Shown here: in pieces, positions 58,228-64,000 of the stretch | Layout: every line of letters begins with the position of its first letter | How positions within the stretch are numbered: position 1 is the first letter of the stretch | The notes under the pieces: model-generated | Database searches by the model: none | What the model was told of the DNA's origin: nothing | The model's input: only the letters and a program-made list of their open reading frames with translations | Position numbers and translations under genes: made by a program | From: Candidatus Woesearchaeota archaeon | GTDB lineage: Archaea; Nanobdellota; Nanobdellia; Pacearchaeales; GW2011-AR1 | Length of the DNA: 64,000 nucleotides | Direction of reading: 5' to 3' | Assembly (NCBI GenBank): GCA_964365855.1 | Contig: CAYIRC010000002.1 | Span: 1,781 to 65,780 of the forward strand

Positions 58228-58764
58228 CTATTTTAATTTCTTTTTCCAAAGCATTCTGGTATATCCCTCTTTAACAAGTTCTTTTTCGCCTATTCCTAAT
58301 CTTTTTATAACTTCCAAAACTTTTTTCCTCGCTTTGGCAATATCTTTCATCTCGCAGAGATATTCAACTTCCAGAAACCAGCCTAAATGCTTGACATTAT
58401 TTATCTCTATATGAAAATTTTTATTAATCTGATAAAGCTCTGTTTTTTTCTCTTTTCTTAGCCATTTTTTGAATCCAAAATCTTTTATTAAATTCAAAAA
58501 TCCATCAAGGTTGCTGACCTTAAATTCTACTTCTTTTTTTGCATATACAGAATGGTCATATGACACTCGTTGTTTAAAGTTGATTTCATAAAATCCCTTT
58601 CGTCTTCTTATCCTAAGGCTTTTCTTAGGATACTGGTTCAGTTCTTCAATTGTATAATAATCATCTACTTTCTTTTCTTTCCCTTTATATTTTCCAATCA
58701 GCTTTATCTTTTTTCTGAACTCATCAGGGCTGGAAATTTTAACTTTTGCTTCAACCTCTATCAT
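58228..58764 (-). CDS. cyaB: CYTH-domain protein (class IV adenylate cyclase CyaB-like)
   Basis: IEVEAK, DDYY, LRIR, LGWFLEVE, GY. Confidence 0.85.
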   Translation of the reverse strand: MIEVEAKVKISSPDEFRKKIKLIGKYKGKEKKVDDYYTIEELNQYPKKSLRIRRRKGFYEINFKQRVSYDHSVYAKKEVEFKVSNLDGFLNLIKDFGFKKWLRKEKKTELYQINKNFHIEINNVKHLGWFLEVEYLCEMKDIAKARKKVLEVIKRLGIGEKELVKEGYTRMLWKKKLK

Positions 58765-58832
58765 AATAGAAATAAATTTCCTTTCTATTTAAATTTATAT
58801 TTTAAAAATTAAAAATTTAAAAATTATTTAGT

Positions 58833-59291
58833 TTATATATTAGTACAAGTGACTTTTACAGTTGACTCACTGCATCCTACTTCTTTTCCACTATCACCCG
58901 CAAGCAATGCACCAACACTTACTTGAGTTATATTCTCACTAGAGCTGTATGTATATGTTTTAGTCTCTAATACGCCTAGTACTGATGTATTTGAACTTGT
59001 TTTAATCTCCCCGCCGAGTGTTTGTGAAATTAATTTTATAGCTTTTAGATTCACCTCGCCGCCAGTTCTTTTAACTTGTACTGTTGCGATGTCTGTCGTT
59101 ACATTGTAAACGCAACTAATTGGCTGTAAATCAACTTTTATGCAATCAGCAGTTGTAGCAATTGTCTCTCCTCCGCCTAAAATAAGAGGCTTAACAAAGC
59201 TCCATACAATTATCACTGCAGCAAGCACTAAGAGGATAATAAGAACAGTGGTAACAACATCACTCAATCCTTTTTTGCCTTTAAGCATCAT
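58833..59291 (-). CDS. archaeal type IV pilin-like protein
   Basis: Class III signal KKG|LSDVVTTVLIILLVLAAV; four Cys. Confidence 0.85.
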   Translation of the reverse strand: MMLKGKKGLSDVVTTVLIILLVLAAVIIVWSFVKPLILGGGETIATTADCIKVDLQPISCVYNVTTDIATVQVKRTGGEVNLKAIKLISQTLGGEIKTSSNTSVLGVLETKTYTYSSSENITQVSVGALLAGDSGKEVGCSESTVKVTCTNI

Positions 59292-59381
59292 TTTCTTTTA
59301 CCTCCTTTCATCTCTTTTTAATTGTAACAATATACAATTAATATTATTTTCTTGTTTAAATAGCTTTCTGTTATCGTAAGT

Positions 59382-61052
59382 TTATTTATGCGCAAACCAA
59401 AATTCATAAATTCCTTTTTCATTCTCACTTCTTTTATTATCAAACCTTGCAAATCCAAATCTTTCAAACTGTATTCTTTCTCCATTTTTCAGTTCTTTAA
59501 TGCTCGATTCTGCAATTCCTTCTATCCATGTTCCATCAGGCATCAAAATTCTTGTTTCAACAAAATCCGAAACCCAGTTTATTTTATGTATATCTTTATT
59601 GTCAATAGTAGTTACCTTTGCACTGCCGTCTTTGCTTTCAACTTTTATATTATAAAGATGAATAAGCCTTGTCTCTTTTCCTTTGTATTTTTCTAAATCT
59701 GCTTTTGAAGCAAATAGCTTGTCAATAAGCAACTGCCTCATATCTTTTTTATCAGGATGAATTGGCACAAACACCTCTCTTGTATCTAATTTATTCTTTA
59801 TTTTTAGCTCAATAGGGTCTTGTATAAATGAGTATCTATTGCTTTCAGCGTCAATCATTCGCCTGTTTATAGCATATAAAATGTCAATCGGCACAGTTAT
59901 ATCTTGCGTATTCAATCCAATTTCTTTAACAAACTCTTTGATTGCCTCAGGATTAAATCCCCGCCTTTTTAAACTTTGAATGCTCCAGGTTCTCGGGTCA
60001 TCCCATCCAATGAATTCTCCGGATTTAACTTCTTTTTGTGCTTTGGATTTTGAAATCTTAGCCCCAACTCCGTCTAATTTTACTAAGCTTACATGAATAA
60101 TTTCAGGATGCTTCCACTTGAAAATATCCCATATATATTTCTCCATGTCTGTTTCAATTCTTAGGTCATTTCCTCGTATTATATGGGTAATGCCAAGCAA
60201 ATGGTCATCAATTGCCCAGCTCATTTCTAATGTGGGCCAGACTCTGTATTTGGTTCCAACTCTTGGATGTTTCCTGTCAGTTATCTTGAATAAAACTCTA
60301 TCTCTAAATGCTGGATTAGGATGTGTCATGCTTGTTTTAATTCTCAATACAGCTTCTCCCTCTTTTAACTTAAACATCTCTTTCCATCTTTCAAGTTGAA
60401 TTTTTAGAGGGAATTGCCTGTCAGGGCTTTCTATTCCTTTTGCTCTCATTTCCCTCATCTTTTCAGAAGGTGTAAAATCAACATAAGCTTTGCCTTTTTT
60501 TATTAATTCTTCTCCATATTTATAATAAATTTCCAATCTATCTGATTTGTAAATTATTGGCTTTTCATATTTTACTTTCAGCCAATCAAATGCTTCAGGG
60601 ATTAATTTGTAAGCCTCTTTGGCAATTTGTTTTTCTTCGCTTCCGATAGTATCATCAATAACAAAAAGAATTTTAGCATTATATTTTTCAGCGTAGAGTG
60701 CATTAATCAAATATGTTTTGGCATTTCCTATATGCAATGCTCCAGATGGATAAGGAGCAAGCCTAAATACCATTTTTTTGCCAGCATGAGGCAGTTCAGG
60801 AAGGTCTTTTTCTTTCTCCTCTTTCACTTTTACATATTTTTCATATTCAGAAAATAGCTTGGCTCTTTCTTCAGGCTTCATAGAATTAATTTTTTTTACA
60901 CTGCTCTGAATTACAGGCATTATTTCCTTAATTTCATCTTTCTCAAGCCCGTGCTGGAAAAGTTTTGGCAATATTCTTCCAGCATCAGCTTTTCCAAACT
61001 CAATTGCATTTTTCAGCGCATAAGCAGTAATTTCATTTTCCAAATCTTTCAT
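59382..61052 (-). CDS. gltX: glutamyl-tRNA synthetase (archaeal type)
   Basis: RLAPYPSGALHIGN, THIIRGND, KISKS, GWDDPR, QFERFGF. Confidence 0.96.
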   Translation of the reverse strand: MKDLENEITAYALKNAIEFGKADAGRILPKLFQHGLEKDEIKEIMPVIQSSVKKINSMKPEERAKLFSEYEKYVKVKEEKEKDLPELPHAGKKMVFRLAPYPSGALHIGNAKTYLINALYAEKYNAKILFVIDDTIGSEEKQIAKEAYKLIPEAFDWLKVKYEKPIIYKSDRLEIYYKYGEELIKKGKAYVDFTPSEKMREMRAKGIESPDRQFPLKIQLERWKEMFKLKEGEAVLRIKTSMTHPNPAFRDRVLFKITDRKHPRVGTKYRVWPTLEMSWAIDDHLLGITHIIRGNDLRIETDMEKYIWDIFKWKHPEIIHVSLVKLDGVGAKISKSKAQKEVKSGEFIGWDDPRTWSIQSLKRRGFNPEAIKEFVKEIGLNTQDITVPIDILYAINRRMIDAESNRYSFIQDPIELKIKNKLDTREVFVPIHPDKKDMRQLLIDKLFASKADLEKYKGKETRLIHLYNIKVESKDGSAKVTTIDNKDIHKINWVSDFVETRILMPDGTWIEGIAESSIKELKNGERIQFERFGFARFDNKRSENEKGIYEFWFAHK

Positions 61053-61072
61053 ATTTTTTTCAATTCAAATGA

Positions 61073-61474
61073 TTATTTAAGTTCTACCTTTTTTTCAAAT
61101 TCAATTATCTTAAATTCTATTTGCTCAATTCTTTCAAGAAACCTGTCCATTTTATATTCTAAATTTTCAATGCTTACTTTCATATTGCTAAACTCTGCAA
61201 GCCTTTTTTTCTTCTCTTCCAGTCCCCTATCAAATCCTGAAGCTTGGCTTGAAGCCGAATTTTCATTGCTGGCGCTGGCAAGATTGCTTAAGAAACTTAG
61301 TGCAGAAATACCTTCATCAGAATTAGTCTGGCTGGAAGCTTTCGGCCTAAGGTCAACTATATCTATATTTGAGTTTGCTTCTCTGTCTTTGTCTGCAACT
61401 TTCTTTAATATGCCTTGTTTTTGCAGCCTTGTAAAATCAATTAAATCAACCCCTTCCTCTTTTCTAAATCTCAT
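61073..61474 (-). CDS. hypothetical protein with coiled-coil C-terminus
   Basis: 133-aa ORF upstream of gltX. Confidence 0.65.
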   Translation of the reverse strand: MRFRKEEGVDLIDFTRLQKQGILKKVADKDREANSNIDIVDLRPKASSQTNSDEGISALSFLSNLASASNENSASSQASGFDRGLEEKKKRLAEFSNMKVSIENLEYKMDRFLERIEQIEFKIIEFEKKVELK

Positions 61475-61603
61475 AAAATCTTAAATAAGATAATTTATTT
61501 AAACCTGCTTGTATATTAAATCATATTAGACATAACTTTAAAGTAGTTACAATAGATAACTTTAAAAGTAAATTCTTATATTTAGAGTTACTCATAATAC
61601 AAA

Positions 61604-62581
61604 ATGGAAAATAACGAACATAACAAGCCTATTGTAATTAATGCATCGGGAAGGCCATTTATACCCTATAGATTTAGAGACACGGGTTTAAAAAAATTAA
61701 TAATCCTTCCAGATTATAGCCCAAGCAGAGGGCGTCTTCCAGTTGGAACAGTTGCGGTTTTCGATAAAAATAATCATGTACCTTCCCCTGAATATCTCGG
61801 ACCAGACATAGGTTGTGGAATGCTTTTTGCAAAATTTGATAATCCTGTGGGCGGAGACGAACTTAAACAAATAGCCTATCAGGTTTCAGGTGACTTTCAA
61901 CTAGCAACCAATATCCTGGGAAGTTTGGGTTCTGGTAATCATTTTATTATGTTCTATGGGGCGGTTAATAGTGAAGTTCCACTTTTAAAGGAAGGTGATA
62001 ATGTGGTTTTGATTCATACAGGCAGCAGACAAAAAGGTGTTGAAGTTTTTAATTCATGTTTAGTAGGTGTTGATTATCTTAACGCTTATAATAAGGCAAA
62101 AGAGTATGCCGAACTAAATAGAAGCAAATTATTTTTTATGTTAAAAGAATATGTTGCAGAAATTACAGGGAAAGATTTGATTTGTTTAAATGAACAGGTT
62201 CACAATTCCGTGGAAGTTGATTGCCAGAATATTACATACCGCAAGGGAGCTATGAAACTGCAAAATCCTAATGACATTGGGGTTATTCCTTCTTCTATGG
62301 CTGGTGAAGCATTAGTCGTAAAGCCAAAGCCCGCAATATCTGATTTAGAATGGTCTATTTGCCATGGCACTGGAAGGGTCATTTCAAGAAAAGATGCAAA
62401 ACAAGTTTCTTTCGATTCAACAGACATAAGGCAAAAAATAATTATTCCTCAGTATATATCTGATGACTTTATTCTAACAGAAAGGCCAGAATGTTATCGA
62501 AGACTAAAGGATATTGAGCCGCAAATCAAAGATTATGTTAAGATTGTTGCTCGCCTGTCACCTAAAGCGTTCGTGATTTAG
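61604..62581 (+). CDS. rtcB: RtcB-family RNA ligase, compact form
   Basis: DIGCGM, GSLGSGNHF, HTGSR, HN, RKGA, HGTGR. Confidence 0.85.
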   Translation: MENNEHNKPIVINASGRPFIPYRFRDTGLKKLIILPDYSPSRGRLPVGTVAVFDKNNHVPSPEYLGPDIGCGMLFAKFDNPVGGDELKQIAYQVSGDFQLATNILGSLGSGNHFIMFYGAVNSEVPLLKEGDNVVLIHTGSRQKGVEVFNSCLVGVDYLNAYNKAKEYAELNRSKLFFMLKEYVAEITGKDLICLNEQVHNSVEVDCQNITYRKGAMKLQNPNDIGVIPSSMAGEALVVKPKPAISDLEWSICHGTGRVISRKDAKQVSFDSTDIRQKIIIPQYISDDFILTERPECYRRLKDIEPQIKDYVKIVARLSPKAFVI

Positions 62582-63197
62582 ACTTCTTAACTTTGCCTGT
62601 GTTTACAACTTCTATTGTATCTGTATAGTTTGTTCCTGTCTCTAAACTATGTTCTTCAGGAGCGTAATATTCAGAATAAACTCTTTCTATTCTGTTGTCT
62701 TTTTCTCTAATTCCTACCTGCCTTACCCGGAGATCATAAGGATCACTTGTTATCAATATGTGCTTTTCCAGACCATGCTTCTTTTGAATTTTTGCATGTC
62801 TTTCTCTTGGTACATTTATGCCTGTAAGATGTATTGCAATCATATTTTTTCCATGTTCTATTTCATATCCTCTTCTTTTAAGTTCATCTAATATTCCATC
62901 TGCTTCACCAATATACACCCAAGCATCTCCTCTACAACTTGTTATTTCATCAGCCCTTTTTTCAAAATATTCCTTATTGGTTAAAGCAGGATGTAAAGAT
63001 CTTCTGGCTTTTGGAGTAGATAATAATAAAATTCCACCAAGTACAAACCACAATCCCGCATAAGTGCCAAAACTAACATCAGCTCCGTCAAAAACAACAA
63101 AGCCAGTCATGCCCTGAAAAGAATTAAGCAGAATTACAAATCCCATAAATAAAAAGCTTGTTCCAGTTATCAGAAATACTCTTCTTTTCATGCACAA
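62562..63197 (-). CDS. membrane-anchored hypothetical protein
   Basis: Two N-terminal TM helices with a MTGFVV motif, then a soluble domain. Confidence 0.65.
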   Translation of the reverse strand: MCMKRRVFLITGTSFLFMGFVILLNSFQGMTGFVVFDGADVSFGTYAGLWFVLGGILLLSTPKARRSLHPALTNKEYFEKRADEITSCRGDAWVYIGEADGILDELKRRGYEIEHGKNMIAIHLTGINVPRERHAKIQKKHGLEKHILITSDPYDLRVRQVGIREKDNRIERVYSEYYAPEEHSLETGTNYTDTIEVVNTGKVKKSKSRTL

Positions 63198-63225
63198 TCA
63201 ACTTAAATCTATTATAAAAATATTG

Positions 63226-63999
63226 CTATTTCTTCCTGCAAACAAGCATCATATGCAGGCTTGTATCGACAACTGAAGGATGAGTGCAAAGTTTATAATG
63301 AGTGTTAAGCCAATTTTTCTTTATCAGTCCATCTTTAAATTGTTTATTTACATCTTCTGTAATAACAGAGGCAAGTCCTTCTAATCCAACTCTTTCAATT
63401 ATTCTTGTTTTGCTATTAAATAACCCTTCAAGTTCTGTTAAAGTAAAATAATGGCAATAACCATCTCCTCCATGCCACATATAATCTTCACCTTCATTTG
63501 CTAACTCATTCCAGTGCTTTGTCATTTTAACTTCTTTAGGCCATCTTTTTAATGCATTCATCATTATCCCAAATTTTGCCATAACTGAAACAAAAATAGG
63601 TGCATTAGCTTTAGCAACTCTAATTAATTCTGATACTGATTTTCTTCTTTGAGATTCAGGTGCAACATGAGATAATGGCCCGCCCAAGCATATTACCGAA
63701 TCAAAAGAATTATTATCAAACATTGATAAATCAGTTATCGAGCCTTCTTGGATTGCTCTAACTTTGTCCCTGACACCATATTGCCTAATTTTCTTTTTAG
63801 CAAGTTCAAGATTTGCAGGAGTTAAATCGAGAAGAACAACATCATACCCTCGTTTTGCTAATTCAATTGTATATCTCCCAGGTCCTCCGCCAGCATCTAA
63901 AATTAAACCATGTTTAGGCAGATATTTTTGAAGGAAATGCAGAGAGGTGTCTAATTCTAATCTGTGTGCTTCATCTTTTACTAGCCGTTTCCATTCACG
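63226..63999 (-). CDS. class I SAM-dependent methyltransferase, 5' end outside window
   Basis: Frame stays open upstream of the tracked ORF: ILDAGGGPGRY...LLDLTPANL...FDSVICLGGPLSH. Confidence 0.85.
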   Translation of the reverse strand, partial: REWKRLVKDEAHRLELDTSLHFLQKYLPKHGLILDAGGGPGRYTIELAKRGYDVVLLDLTPANLELAKKKIRQYGVRDKVRAIQEGSITDLSMFDNNSFDSVICLGGPLSHVAPESQRRKSVSELIRVAKANAPIFVSVMAKFGIMMNALKRWPKEVKMTKHWNELANEGEDYMWHGGDGYCHYFTLTELEGLFNSKTRIIERVGLEGLASVITEDVNKQFKDGLIKKNWLNTHYKLCTHPSVVDTSLHMMLVCRKK

Positions 64000-64000
64000 A

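Overview
AT-rich archaeal chromosome segment, most consistent with a DPANN archaeon of the Ca. Pacearchaeota type. This is inferred from the archaeal rpoH-rpoB-rpoA-nusA-rps12-rps7-EF-2 cluster with A'/A'' fused, archaeal GluRS, TrpRS and Taw1, class III-signal pilins, and TATA-box promoters with short or no leaders. EF-2 carries a 474-aa LAGLIDADG intein in its P-loop. A ~20 kb carbohydrate island (14980-34608) opens with a pilin fused to a CBM-like and a glycoside-hydrolase domain and a dockerin-bearing beta-propeller protein. It continues with bacterial-type GAPDH, PGK, PGI/PMI, a GH100-like hydrolase, GH130, two GT4s, PfkB, class I aldolase, TIM and a ROK kinase. Around tRNA-Lys(UUU) lie three copies of a TA-flanked MITE. 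One copy splits a MazG-like gene whose reading frame is restored by removing the element plus one TA. A second, modular hairpin-repeat family is dispersed across the window and also nested inside the MITEs. Other contents: nrdR-nrdJ with tandem bacterial-type NrdR boxes behind an archaeal TATA box, a type II R-M pair, a stand-alone membrane-anchored GH24 lysozyme, a chimeric ThrRS, a receptor-like pseudo-cyclase and a compact RtcB. All calls come from reading motifs by eye; no database searches were run.
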